Part shown: positions 26,702 through 40,909 of the stretch, piece by piece
How positions within the stretch are numbered: position 1 is the first letter of the stretch
Layout: every line of letters begins with the position of its first letter
Assembly: GCA_951406725.2 (NCBI GenBank)
Contig: OX597826.1
Location: 56,854,001-56,918,000, forward strand
DNA: 64,000 bases
Reading direction: 5' to 3'
Origin: Octopus vulgaris
Lineage: Eukaryota
Position numbers and translations under genes: made by a program
The notes under the pieces: model-generated
The model's input: the letters and a program-made list of their open reading frames with translations, nothing else
Databases searched by the model: none
What the model was told of the DNA's origin: nothing

Positions 26702-28904
26702 CGAGCTTTGAAATCTGTTCGGAAAAGACATGTGAATTTCTTATTTCCGTATGTGACATAAAAAGCCGGACTGGCGTCATCGTACTGCAATAATGTAGGT
26801 GACATGACAAAAGGGAAAAGAATTATTAGTAATAATATCCCCCGCAAACTCTCTGCCAAGAGTACACGGCCATGTACAAAAAATACAAAACAAAGAAAAC
26901 AACATTGAATGATAAATGTTTTTTTTGTTAAATGCGAAGAGAATATACAAAAAATAACATTAATAGCACACAAGACCCAAAGAAATCTCAAAATTTAGAA
27001 GCACAATAGCACAGAATAGTTTGTTTTATATCTATGATGAAATTCTGGAGAATTTTTGAGTGCTCAAATCAAGCGTTATGAACGCGTTGGCCGGTAATAC
27101 ACTTTATTGTGAAGCAAGTACATTAGACGGTGGGATAGGTTTTTAATAAAGAAGTAGTTAAGTTAGAGCCAGAGGGTTTGGTTTTCATTGAGTGTACAAT
27201 GTATGTAAGTAAGTATGCTAAACATTTTTGACGAGTGGTGGAATGCTTTTGAGGTGAGATCCAATAGAGTTGGCGTTTGTAAAGAGTTTTCGGATATAAG
27301 GATAGCTGCTAATCGCTTGAATTGATCTGACAATCGATCAGAGATGTATTCACGAGATAGCAGCCACCTGTGAAAAGAAAGTTGGACGAGGGATAGAGAA
27401 AGACACCTTGACTATATATACGTTTCAGAAAACTAAATAACAAAATAAACAAAATTAATAAATCTTGGTGATTGTCACCAGTCACGCATAGTCAACTTAT
27501 GAAGTGCCCCTACCTTGCCCAGACAAGGGTTTGTTACAGTGAAAAGGGGATATAAAAACTGTATGACAAATGGGTTGCGAGCTGCTCTAGGATTATTATT
27601 CTTTGCTGCGGTTATTGTTGTTGTGGTCGTTGTCGTGATGGTGGGTGGTGGTGGTGGTGGGTCCGCTCATTGTCCTCCTTCACAGAGTAGTCATAAAAGG
27701 GGAATAGAGCAGGATAATTAGGTACCGTGAAAATACTTAAGGGGGACACAGAATGTGTGAATATTAGGAGTTGCTAAATTGAAAAGACTAAACTGGTTAT
27801 TTCATTTGTGTGTTTTTGTTGTTGTTGTTGTGGGTAACGCAGATCTCGACGGAGAGAAACAACAAGAATGAAGAATGCAATTACTGAAGTATGCTTACAC
27901 AGTATTCAAACAAAGAACATGAAGATCTGTTGATGATATCTGATTGAGGATAGCAAGAAACATTATACTTCTCTCTCTCATATATATATACACACATACA
28001 TGCATACATACATACATACATACATACACTCACTGTCAGAAGTATGTGGTTGAGAGAAAATTAATTGCTAAATATGGCGTCAAGCAAAAACATGGCAGTC
28101 TCGTTCGTTGGTTCGCGCTCATTTCTCTAATTTTGAGAAACCATATAAAGGCTCCCTCTGTGGCTTCTAGTAACATATTTCAGTATTTAAACGAATGTAT
28201 ATTTGAAGACAGAGGTTTCGATTCAGGTTGTTTGTTGATAATTATATAAAGTTTTTGGGGTCTTTCTTTTTTTTTTTTTTATAAAATATTCTTTTATCAA
28301 TGTCGTTGTTGTTTAGCCTCAAGCCAGTCCAATCGAGCACGCTCATCATTAAAAGGCCTTTCATCCGAGAACATATTTTACAAAACTATGTAGCATTTTC
28401 TACGATATCCCAGCATTAGTCGAAAGGGCAGTTTGATTTTAGGGCTCATATAAGAAGGGATTTGCAGTTACCTGTTTATGTAAACGGATGCTGTATTCAG
28501 TTGTCAAACTATAGTAACTATCCCTTACTCTCTGCTTGTGTCTCCCTCTATTTATCACTACTTCACTACTCCAGAGAGAGAGAGAGAGACAGACAGACAG
28601 AGGGGAAAAGATAGAGATATAGATTAAAGAGAAACTAAAGGAGGAAGAACATGATAGGATGTTCCACGTATTTTAGAAACTTTGGTTAACGTTCACAAGG
28701 ACTCGTTCTTAACTCACCAGTGATACGTTTCAACTTTCTGAATTTCTCCATCTTTTTTGCCAGAGAGTAGACGGAAGTTGAGAGATTTGACAGCTATTAT
28801 TCCAAATAAATCTTGTATAAATTTTCACCGTATGATCGCAAGTAGTTTCTGGATGAAACATGACGTACATACAAACAATTCGCCTTGGTGAATGTGTGTA
28901 TATA

Positions 28905-28964
<60 letters not shown>

Positions 28965-29058
28965 CACGCGCCTATGAAAATATATATAAAAGATCAGATA
29001 TAAAAAATATTTATAAATATATTCATAAATATATACACATAACTATGTGTATACATAA

Positions 29059-29095
<37 letters not shown>

Positions 29096-29512
29096 ATAAA
29101 AATATATCAGATGTTTAAGAGAGATTCTTTAGTTAGTAAATCTAGAGTGGTTGAAAGGAGAAATAAAAAGCAAAAATAGAGAAGGAAAGAGACAGATGAA
29201 GAAGGCTGGATGGAAAGTGTTGGGGCTACAGAAAATGACTATTTTCTTTCTTACTGCTAAGACCAAAGAACATTAAGCAAGAGCGAAGGCTATTTTAGGT
29301 CAATGTAAGAAAGGAGAGAAAGAGTTGATGGAGGTGCGAGGGGGGGGGGGATCTCAGTTCTGGAAGATGATATTTTGTTAAACTAGTGTAAAAAAAAAAA
29401 GGAAAAAAAGTTTGTGAGAATAAAGCTGTAAACGGGAAGACGGAGATTCAGGGGAGTTAATAATGCCATCGACAAAGATGATATTTTTGACAATGAATAA
29501 ATATGGTGGCAA

Positions 29513-29552
<40 letters not shown>

Positions 29553-29789
29553 TCAGTTCGGATACTCTGAACTACATGAAATCGGCAGCACCAGAACATC
29601 AAACATAATATAATGTCGAAATCCCAAGTGAGGTCGCGCAACGAAATTATTTTTATGTGTTGATATAGAGAGGAAGGACTACGTTTCACATCCTTTGAAG
29701 GCTCTCCCTCCCTGCAGTTAATTCACACTCTCTCTCTCTCTCTCTTCTCTATTTTTGTCCCCCCGCAATATATGAGATTTTTGTTAGCT

Positions 29790-29850
<61 letters not shown>

Positions 29851-30147
29851 GGCGAAAGGTGGGGAGGAAGGGAAAAAAATCGTTGTACGAAGACATCACA
29901 CTGAAATGATATCGCTGTTGAATATGCCATATTCTGGGGATAATAACTGTGATGTTGAGAGCAACATTAGACAAGTGTAAAGAGACAGGAAGGGCTAAGG
30001 TAACAAGAGTACAGCTGGGAGCAAATTCTAATATATCTGATTCGTGTCAAACCCCAACTGCGACTAGTATTACTGAATCTCCAAGTTCGCTTCTTCACGC
30101 TTCAAGATGCTTATCAAAATATTAATAACGTGTACATAAGTCATGTA

Positions 30148-30225
<78 letters not shown>

Positions 30226-30430
30226 AGCAGAACAGATGTGCCAGTGTGGATGTGTAAAATAACACTTACGGAAAATATATGCGGTTGTTCACGAAACTGT
30301 AATTATATCATTTGCTATACATGACAACTGTGATACTTTCTAACCGACGGATATTCAATACGTATGCTGAGGTGATCGATAGAACTAAGAATAGATTTTC
30401 ATAAAACACGCTGAATTTGCATTAAAGCCA

Positions 30431-30467
<37 letters not shown>

Positions 30468-32204
30468 AATTTACATGTATGTATATAAATATGTATTGTG
30501 CATTACATATCCGGAGCCAAATCATTAAGATTCTATAAGAGTTCAGATCAGATAAAATAATACTAACGTTTCTTTGAGATATGAGTAAATAGGACGTTCA
30601 TATGTTAGTACCCGAGTAGAAAGCAATATTCTCCATGAGTCAGCTGAATAAAAACGCGGTTCACCCTAGTACTTTGATACTTTATTTTATCGACCTCACC
30701 ATCACCACCACAAAAGATGAAAAGCAAAACTGATCTCTGTGTCTGTGTAATATTTAGTTATTCGTTTTTTTTTTGTTTTTTTTTATAAATGCCAAATGTT
30801 TTTTTCTTCCTTTTGTCAATGCGATAATTATATACACATTGTGGAATTTGAGCGTGTACCTATTCAGATGGAAAACTCCATGTATATTTGATGTTCAACA
30901 AAGCACCATTGTTGAGTGAATATGGCCAACTGACAGTTCTGTCGGTTAATTGTCGACAGTCGTTGGGACTGAAACGAACAACAGACGTTAAAATCAACAG
31001 GTAAAGGTAACCTTCAAGCCATTGATTACTTGCAAACAAGTTCATCAACAAAGTGTAACTGCTTTATGGGAAATTGAGAGAGCGACACTAAGCAGTATGT
31101 GTGAGTGTAACAACAAATATATAGAGAGAGATATATGGATCGGATAAGAGCGAGCGAGCGAGAGAGAGGGAGGGAGAGAGAAAGAGAGAGATGAGAGAGT
31201 GATGAGAAGTAGGAAATATGGCTTCTTGAGATGCTCAGTAATTGAATGTTTGTATTCTGTGATAGTGTGCACATAGAGGACAATCAATCGCGTGTATTGA
31301 TCTGGACCACCAGCAGACGTAAAGGAAGTCATTTTGATGATGACAACAACAACAACCACAGCAAACATAACCACGACATAGTAACTACTATTATACTGTA
31401 CAATGCTTACCTATTCATTAATCTATCTATCTATTTGTATAGGCAGCTAGCTTCAAGCGATGTCAATAATAACTACTGTTCCAGACAATATTACACACGC
31501 ACGTCCTCATGCACAGACACACACAGAAAATAAGGTCTTACAGTTTCTTCCGTATTCTGAGTGCAATCGTGTGCAATGATAACTGTTAACACAAACATTA
31601 TTAATATGCTTACGTAAGAGTGTGCATGTAATGCTTGTGTGTATGCGTTTGTATATTTGCATTTTCTTAATAACAATGACCAAACTAAATATACATTAAG
31701 ATGCAAATATGTGAACCTGTACGAGTTTGTGTGTATCAATACATGTATAACATCGCACACATACACATAAATATATTAGATGATGTTGAGCATATGCATA
31801 TATTCATGTATATGCATGCATTTGTGTTTACTAACTAAATAATTTAAACAAGTCCCTTCTGTGTGTAACAGCTTTAGAAGATGTATACTCGTTTTCGATC
31901 CCTATCCTTCTGTCCGCTCTACTGAGCAGGTTAACAAAAGATCTTAACTGAAACAATACTGTTCTCTCTTAATGGCCTTAATCAGCCATGTGAAACTCAA
32001 AAAGTTTCAGGTACCAGAGCAAAGTCAGTAGGTTACAAATCCAGGGTAGTAGACGGGTAGTTGTTGCTATTGTTTAGTCACAAGTGAAGCCTAATCGAGT
32101 CTTAGTTTCTGGTTTGGTAGTCTTCTCTTTTGGTCACGTGATCACATTGAGGTCATTAGTTGACTTAGCGACAGGGTGTTTTTGTTTTTTTTTAATGTGT
32201 ACCA

Positions 32205-32430
32205 CGGTAGTTCTCAACCATTTTTTTTTTTTTGCCCGTAGACCCCTTTGATTACTATTCGACTCAGGTAAACTCCTATAGCCCCTCGATGCTTTAAACG
32301 TCCTATTGCATTTTTATAATTAAATATTATTAGGAATTATATTTTAGAAATTGCTTCAAATATTTCGTGTATTGTAGAAGTATAACCAATTCACTGAACA
32401 CATTTTAACGACAAAGTTCTATATGGATCC
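32205..32430 (-). mobile_element. Truncated hAT MITE family H2
   Basis: gttctcaaccattttt...gacccctttgattactatt is the reverse complement of the right end of 4646-4988. Confidence 0.65.
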
Positions 32431-33107
32431 CAAGCTCGGAGTCAAATCTGATCGAGCAGACGTATGACCGAATGCATTCCAGCCACGGCTCTCCAGTTTT
32501 TTTTTTCCATTTAATATGTATTTAATATGCAAGCCTCAATTAATGGTGTAATTTGACAAAAATCTGGAGCTATTCCTAGTGGATCAAGGACTGCATAGAG
32601 GGCCCCCCCTTCATAGTTCACATGTAGGAAGTTAAATATTTTGAGAAATGAGGCCGTATTAATTGCTACAATATCAAAATCTTAAAGATGATAACCACCA
32701 CTATATTCGTTGATATGTTGCCTAGTAACTGCGATAATTAGATAAACTCAGTTCCTGAGACTAAATATTCCGCACTATTTTCACCATTTTCGCCACTTTA
32801 AGTTACTGGTTTAGTTATGTGTCGATGGTGAAATTTTATTACAAAAATATGAAGTCTGGCCTAGAATACAATAGAAATTCAATGACATTAATCGGGAATG
32901 TCTAAACTAATATCAGAATATCCAGAATAATGCACGACTGATTGATAGGCTGACAAGACGAGACGGTGATCGATGCGTAAATGTATTGAAAGATATGCGA
33001 TCACGTTAAATCGGGTTAATTACTATGATGATCAATTCATATCCAGCTCTTCATTTTTGAGATTAAATGAAATCTCCAAACATCGACATAAACTGAAAGG
33101 AATTTAA

Positions 33108-33417
33108 CCCGTTCCTACCCTGTCACCTGTTAATGGTTATACAGAAGTGGGGGTAGGAGAAAGGGGAAATAAGCTGAAGTAAATACATTTCGAATTTAAC
33201 GCGAAACCAAACAGGTGACAAAGCAATTTAATTTACACGGAGTTGTCGAATTTCTCACTACTACAAAGGTAGACTACGGCAATACGACAGTCAACATTAA
33301 ACACTCGGCTTTCTTTGATTATCCTACACATCTGAACTGGATGGATCTCTTGCACCTGACTGCATTGATTAAATCGAAACAGGATCTCTTGCACCCGAAC
33401 GCATCGATTAGATCGGG
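33108..33417. mobile_element. Possible piggyBac-like MITE
   Basis: TTAA|CCCGTTCC ... TAGATCGGG|TTAA, with a 39-bp-period direct repeat (33343, 33382) near the right end; the TIR is short and imperfect. Confidence 0.35.
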
Positions 33418-34563
33418 TTAATATTGGTAGCTTCTTCAATGAACCTTGAGCAATCGATTGGTATCGATTCTTAGAAAGTCGACAAAACAGTGTTAACTGA
33501 AAGGATATTGGAATGTTACTTGTGCCAAAAGAAGTCAGACCAAAATTTCCTCAAAAAACTAAAAAGTTGAAAAAAAAAAAGAAATCTAAATAAATTCAAA
33601 TAAAATAGCGAATAAGAAGAAAGAAGAAAAGAGACAAGAATTTTGAACTGACCCAGTCTTCTTATTACGTTATTCTGATTGGCGTGTTACAAAACACAGA
33701 GTGAATTGTGAATTGGTAGCTGACATTAGCCCAAATGCTTTCTTTTATTCTCTTCGATTTCTTTATTCGTTTTATTTTTCTTTAACAGAATATTAAAAAT
33801 AGTTTTCGATTGACTAATCGTCAAAAATCTTAGTAAACACGCAACCATAATAAACTAGATTATATTTGACTTTAAAAAAAAAATCTAACTTTTTTTTTGT
33901 TTTTTGTTTTTTTGAAATTCATGTGGTAGTACTTAGTATTAAATGGAAACCTCATGGTTTAAAGCCGAAACGATCAAAGGGAATGTTAAAGAAATAGAAA
34001 CAAAAACAGAATAGGAAAAAAAAAAAAACATAACCTAACAGATCGATGGATACAAAGATATAAAAAGGTTTCAATGAAAGAATGATTATTCTTAATCTTA
34101 TGCATGAGAAGAAAAATTGATTTCTTCCCCAAAGAATCAAAATCGAACATAGTGAGAAAATGTTTAAAATTTTTTTTTTTTTTTATATATATTTTTCTTT
34201 TCTGTTTTTGCCCATTTCTTCGTATGGAAAACTTGACATTGCAAGAACCGACAAAGCCACTGAATTGTCAGAATGGTTACATAGAGCAGCAGCACAAGTT
34301 TACGTAGCTCACAATATGGAGATGTATGTATTTTAAGATTCATCACACCGTCACTGATATAGTTTTTTTTCTTTTTCTCATTTCTCTAGGGTCATTTTAA
34401 GGAACCATACCTTTTATCTCTTTATCAAGCTATACATACACGCATATTTACATACATATGAATATACACGTTCGCTCATTGTGCATATATATATATATAT
34501 ATATATGCCTATATGTGTGCCACACACATGTAAGCATATATATACACATATACTATACATATA

Positions 34564-34793
34564 AGGCGGCGAGCTGGCAGAAACGTTAGCGCGCCGGGCG
34601 AAATGCTTAGCGGTATTTCGTCTGTCGTTACGTTCTGAGTTCAAATTCCGCCGAGGTCGACTTTGCCTTTCATCCTTTCGGGATCGATAAATAAAGTACC
34701 AGTTTCGCATTGAGGTCGATGTAATCGACTTAAACCCTTTGTCTGCCGTTGTTTGTCCCCTCTATGTTCAGCCCCTTGTGGGTAGTAAAGAAA
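34564..34793 (+). mobile_element. Family-A SINE, full length
   Basis: GGCGGCGAGCTGGCAGAAACGTTAGC...GTAGTAAAGAAAT, flanked by tatacatata. Confidence 0.93.
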
Positions 34794-35499
34794 TATATAC
34801 ATATATTATACATACACACACATACATATACACATACACACACATACATATATCATGCAGCCATCAGCCAGAATGCTTGGCAACAACAGAGAGAATTTCT
34901 AATTAGTGTCTAACAAATTTGATACTAATGCGCACACGAATACTCACATACTTATACCATATTTATTTTGATTTAATTGTGTGCGCACACACACAAAGCA
35001 AATACAAGAATTAAGATAAAATTGACTTCGAAGCAGAAATAGAGACGAATGTTTAATTGGGCGTTTTAGTCCCTTTCAAAGTCAAATCTAAATCCTTCCG
35101 CCTTTTGACGATACGGGACTAAAAAAAAAAAAAAAAAAAACTAAAAATAGTTTCAAAAACAAGTCTCAGATATCACAACTGATGGATGGTTATCAGTAAC
35201 GGTTTTGGAAAATTCAGTTCGGCTATTTACTCTACAATGATACAACATCGAGATATCGCAATCACACAGCAGCTGTTTACAGAAAAATTCTCGAAGTAGC
35301 TAAGAAAAAGAAGAAAAAAAATTACTGAAGCTTAACAGAATGAACTTTTTGTTATGACCCTTTAACTGAAAAAATCTTTAACCAATTTGCGAATTTAATG
35401 TTTCTATACATTACATTCAATGTCATTTCATAGTTTTATAGAACGAAACCCTAATCTGTGTGTGTGTACTACACACACATACACATATATGTGTGGTTG

Positions 35500-35532
35500 G
35501 ATAGACAGACAGATAGATGGATAGAGACAGAC

Positions 35533-35588
<56 letters not shown>

Positions 35589-35613
35589 GGATGGATGGAT
35601 GGATGGATGGATG

Positions 35614-35683
<70 letters not shown>

Positions 35684-35696
35684 CAGATAGACAGAT
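35500..35696. repeat. (AGAT)n/(GGAT)n tetranucleotide microsatellite
   Basis: Direct reading. Confidence 0.95.
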
Positions 35697-36343
35697 ATTA
35701 ACATTGTGTACTTATGAGAGAGTGTTTACTTGCATATCGTTTGTTTGCTTAGCAACAGTGGAGAAAATATAGCCACCAGAATGACAAGGTAGACATATGC
35801 AGATAGGGCAAAGTTTTTCTCATACTCTCCGGCCACTTCATCAAGCGGCCTACTTTTAAAGGGAAAGGAACAGACACTGAACGGGAAGTACACAATCTAC
35901 TTTTCCTTTCTTACCAACATATTTATTCTACGACGGTTCCCTGAGGTCAAAAAATGCAGGCCTTTCATCCACACACGGACACAGAGGTCAAGCGGGCATG
36001 AGACCCATTAGCAGCAGTAATAAACTTCCTTTTCACAATGTCTGTCGCTCGCGACTTATCAGAGTGACTAAACAATGTTTAAGGGTCTGATATCAGCTGT
36101 CGTCCCGTTTGGAAGGCACGTTCCCTATTTAGCTGTTAATACCTACCGTGTTGTAGTATTTAGTTTTCAGAACATTGTCAAATATTTAAAAAAAAAAAAA
36201 AGAAAACTCCTTTACGGCGACAACTACTTCCCCCTACCATGTCAGGACTCACTAATTGCTTCCAACAAGAATTCCTTTTTAGTCAAGCTTGGGACAATAA
36301 GTATTTCTTTACACCACAGCCATGAATCTGCGCCCGATCGAGC

Positions 36344-36385
<42 letters not shown>

Positions 36386-38334
36386 TGTATGTGTGTGTAA
36401 AAGCAGAAATGGGAATGAGAGAGGTTGTAATGTTCAAAACTATTCCGAGGTGAAGGTAAACTAACCTCAAGCCATATCGTCTGTTATTCAGGTTGAAATC
36501 TTTAGTGAAGCGGATGAGGTTTTCTGAATTAGATATGAAGAAGCCCTGGGGCTAAAAAGTATGAAGACTGAATGAGCTAAGCTTCTTATCTAAGGTGATA
36601 CGAAACCCGCAGCAAAGGATTTTAAGAGTTCGCCAACAGAGTTTATCCACTCGGTTGTTCTACTCCCACGGAAGTCCATACTGAATAATAAATGAGCCAG
36701 TGCACACAAAGTACTGAACTATTTTTAAGTTATGAAAACAAGAGTTTGAGGCTATTTTAGGGAATTCGCTTCATTTGCGAAGGTTTCATATTTCGGACAT
36801 AATAGACAGCAAGGCTGCTTTCCGACGTAAACTTAGCTAATATTTGTTTGAACCAGAAGAGCATCTTAAGATTTATTTTACTGCATGCACAGACAGGAGA
36901 GAAAGAAAGAGAGGGAGAGATGAAGAAGGAGAGCTTCCTTTCCTTTTCTTGTCAAACAACAATATTAACAGTTCTCTCAGAAAGGACTCTACCGTCTTCA
37001 CTACCTTACCCACAACACTGATAAGGCCTCTTTTCCGGAAGAATATGGTTTCTAGCTCAAGCAATAGCAGCTAGCCAAAGCCAGACATTAACCAACGACT
37101 AAGAGTTGAGAACGAAGCGGTAAAGTAGTTTGAGAAGGTTAAACAAAACCGGATTTCTCCGTATCGATTATGCATGTTTATTTTTCAGATGGATGTGAGG
37201 ATTGCGTAAAGATTTGTGGAGACCTTATTTATTCAAGGTTTAAACACTGCAACGATCTCGAATGTAATATCAGGGGAAAGGGGAAACGGGGGGTCGGCGG
37301 TGGACGGAGAAAGGGAAGGCGACGGAGGAGGAACAGCGAAGCAGAAACCTTAAACGATCTGTAGGTTTTACTAGCTCAACTTACACAATTGTGAAACCTA
37401 GTAAAAACAACAAACAAAAGTTTCGCCTCTTGCCTTGTATTCAGAAGAAATGAATCTATCACAGATAATGACAGGTCGACAGTATTAAATATTAAATTTA
37501 ACCCATTGGCTTCCTCATTAATTACGAAAACCAAATAAATTCTGTAATAGGCTTTTCCATAACATTTCTAATGTCCACAACGACGACAACAGCAACCAAG
37601 AAACGTGTCCTACGTTGTGATAATGGAAAGGTGTGAGTGGGTAGATGGACTGGGTGTTAGAAGAGACGATCAGAGATCGAATAAGAGGAGGTAGAAGTTT
37701 TGCCAGATGGTTAGATTGAATCTTTACTTCAATCTATAACATCCCCAGCATCACTTGGAGGAAATCAGTTCATATGATGGACACAAGTGTATATATAATA
37801 GCTAATGTACCAATGCTACCTACGGTGAACACCTCAGCTTTATGGTATAGCGAGAAACTACAAACTGGAGGGAACCTTTACGTGATCGCCCAGCAAGCTA
37901 GAGAAAGTAGTTAAATGTCCTTCAAATAAAAACATTTGCTGTCTTAAATGAAAAAGACGAATCCAAAATTATAAGAAGGGTTCGTCATGACTGAAACACC
38001 ATTGATCATAATGTTTGCGCGCCCAAAACGGATCTGAAAACAAACAGCAATTAACTCTCCAGTTCGAAGAAGGGCATCAATAAATATATAAAGAAAATAG
38101 CAACTAACCAATATAACTTCCCTCCCCACTCAGCCAACATACTCTTGAATCTCATTACACACATAAATTGACAATAAATTTAACTAGATATTATTTTCTT
38201 GTCTTCATCCTCTTTAGTTATATTTGCATCATCAGTTTAACCACAAAAAAAGTGATACTTTTTCAACGATATAAATCCAAACAGCAAATATCGCTCATGT
38301 AATGCTTTCATAAGAAATGACAGAAAACCAGTGC

Positions 38335-38390
<56 letters not shown>

Positions 38391-39011
38391 GAAAAATTCT
38401 TTTGGAAATGTATGACTCATTTAGAGTTGTGCTAACTTTGACTAAATGACGGCTGACAAAGATCAACAACACACACCCAGATACATACGTACGTCCATAC
38501 ATACATACATACATACATACATACATACATACATACATACATACATACATACATACATCAACGTTATAAATGAAGGTACAAAAATGAAAAACAACACAAA
38601 AAACACACGTGGAGGAAAATTCCAAAATGACATCGTCAAATTGTTCAAGGAACTTATGCAATGCTGTGTGCCGCCAACAATAAAAGACACTCATTATATA
38701 GGAGTCAGGGGAAAAAAATCCCCCAAAACTAAACGAACGAACAAAAAAAAAAGCGAAAAAATATCCCAAGAAGATGGCGTTATTAAACTCTCCGTTTGTT
38801 TAGTGAAAACTACGTATGGATGATTGACAGCAGTTGGTCTAGGGTGAAGAATCGTGAAACGACAATATAAACTGGATAGAGTTGGATTTAAAAACAAACA
38901 AAAGTAACTAACAAATAGTAAAAAATAACTTGCTACGGTCTCAAAGCTAATAAGTCAAGATGAATTTAGCTTTTAATATCATTTTCTTCCCTCAGAAGAA
39001 GCTGAGACAAG

Positions 39012-39059
<48 letters not shown>

Positions 39060-40425
39060 GTGTGAGAGAGAAAGAGTGTGTGTGTAAACAACCTGAAAGA
39101 AAAAAAAAAAGGTGGTTTCCATTTTCTTTTATTTTTATATAATGTTCATGTATTTTATTTTTAATTTTTTCTTTTCCTTTCCAAACCTTTCCACCTAGAC
39201 CTCTACGTTTCTCCCTCTTCTTCAATAAATCATCCCGAGTTAAAATTCCAAGGGAAACCCCTCAGAAATAGGTTCAATAACCAACTCATCAATCAACTCT
39301 GTTTCGAAATCTCCTTCCTTCAGTTTGTATGGGCCCCGAACAATAAAATAAATAACTACCTCGCCTGCCCCCCGCCCCGCCCTCCACCGAAAACACCAAC
39401 AACATTAACAACAAAAACATTTGCAAACAGTGAAAGGAATTTAGCTTATTAAAGTGACTGGCTGAATATTTTGCCCAGGTTTTTACAACCACCCCTTGGG
39501 TCTTATGTATCACGGAGGGTTGGCAGACATTCTCCAATGCCCCCCACCTCATTGGCGCAACACAATGACGTGGATTTTACATTAACATCATGCAGTTTAA
39601 ACCATTGCCAAGGTTAAGGTGACAGGTTAAAATAGACTTCGCGCCGTCTTTGCTATCCTTGTCCGCCTCCATTCTCTCTCTCTCTCTCTCTCTTTCTCTC
39701 TTTTCAAAGCAAAGATAGAGGTTGGCCCTTTCTCGGTACACAGACACACATACACACGTGTGTGTGTGGGCAGCTGTATGCGATGGTTGATGTTCATGTA
39801 GATATTAAGATCTTTCGAAATTCAATAGCCACTACAAAATTCTGAAACCGCTACCTCCTCTCCCACCAAAAAAAGCCTGCCAACTTGTAGGGATCAGTTA
39901 ATGTAGCGCCCGCATGGTCTTTAGATTCAGAGATAAACAGATTTAACGACAGAATCTAAGGACAAATGCTTATGTCTGATATAATATGGGTAGGCGTCCG
40001 ACTAAATAACCCACCCCGTCCTTTTTGCGTTCATTTCGTGAGCATTGCTCATGAGCAGATGTTTATTTGCATTTCGACACGTCTTCGTCAAGTTTTCAAC
40101 ACCTGGATATTAAAAAAAAAATTAAATAAATATAAATATAAAACTCGCGCACACACAAGTAGCCATCAGCCCGGAATACTTACTGCGCGAGTACACACGC
40201 ACGTGTGTGTGTGTGTGTGTATGAGAGAGAGAGAGAGAGAGAGAAAAGGAGAGGGAGAGAAAGAAAGAGGGAGAGAGATTAGCTTATCTTAAGTAGTCAT
40301 AAGTATGTTAACATAAGTTTCGTGAAAACCTTTCATGGAACATAAACTAGAAGGGAGAGAGAGAGAGAGAGAGCCCGATTCTCTAAATGAATAAGGACCA
40401 AGTTGCACATAAATCCATATACACA

Positions 40426-40482
<57 letters not shown>

Positions 40483-40484
<2 letters not shown>

Positions 40485-40676
40485 TTTACTCGTTTCAGTC
40501 ATTTGACTGTGGCCATGCTGGAGCACCGCCTTTAATCGAGCAACTCGCCCCCGGGACTTATTCTTTTTGTAAGCCCAGTACTTATTCTATCGGTCTCTTT
40601 TGCCAAACCGCTAAGCAACGGGGACATAAACACACCAGCATCGGTTGTCAAGCAATGCTAGGGGGACAAACACACA

Positions 40677-40742
<66 letters not shown>

Positions 40743-40909
40743 TACGACGGGCTTCTTTTTCAGTTTCCGTCTACCAAATCCACTCACAATGTTTTGGTCG
40801 GCCCGAGGCTATAGTAGAAGACGCTTGTCCAAGGTGCCACGCAGTGGGACTGAACCCGGAACCATGTGGTTGGTAAACAAGCTACTTTACCACACAGCCA
40901 CTCCTGCGC
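40483..40909 (-). mobile_element. Family-B SINE, full length, abutting (TA)n
   Basis: Head complement cacagccactcctgcgc; possible TSD atatctt. Confidence 0.93.

Noticed and set aside
27240-27370. Possible very old LINE ORF2 remnant on minus
   Set aside because: Similarity is too weak to support by eye.
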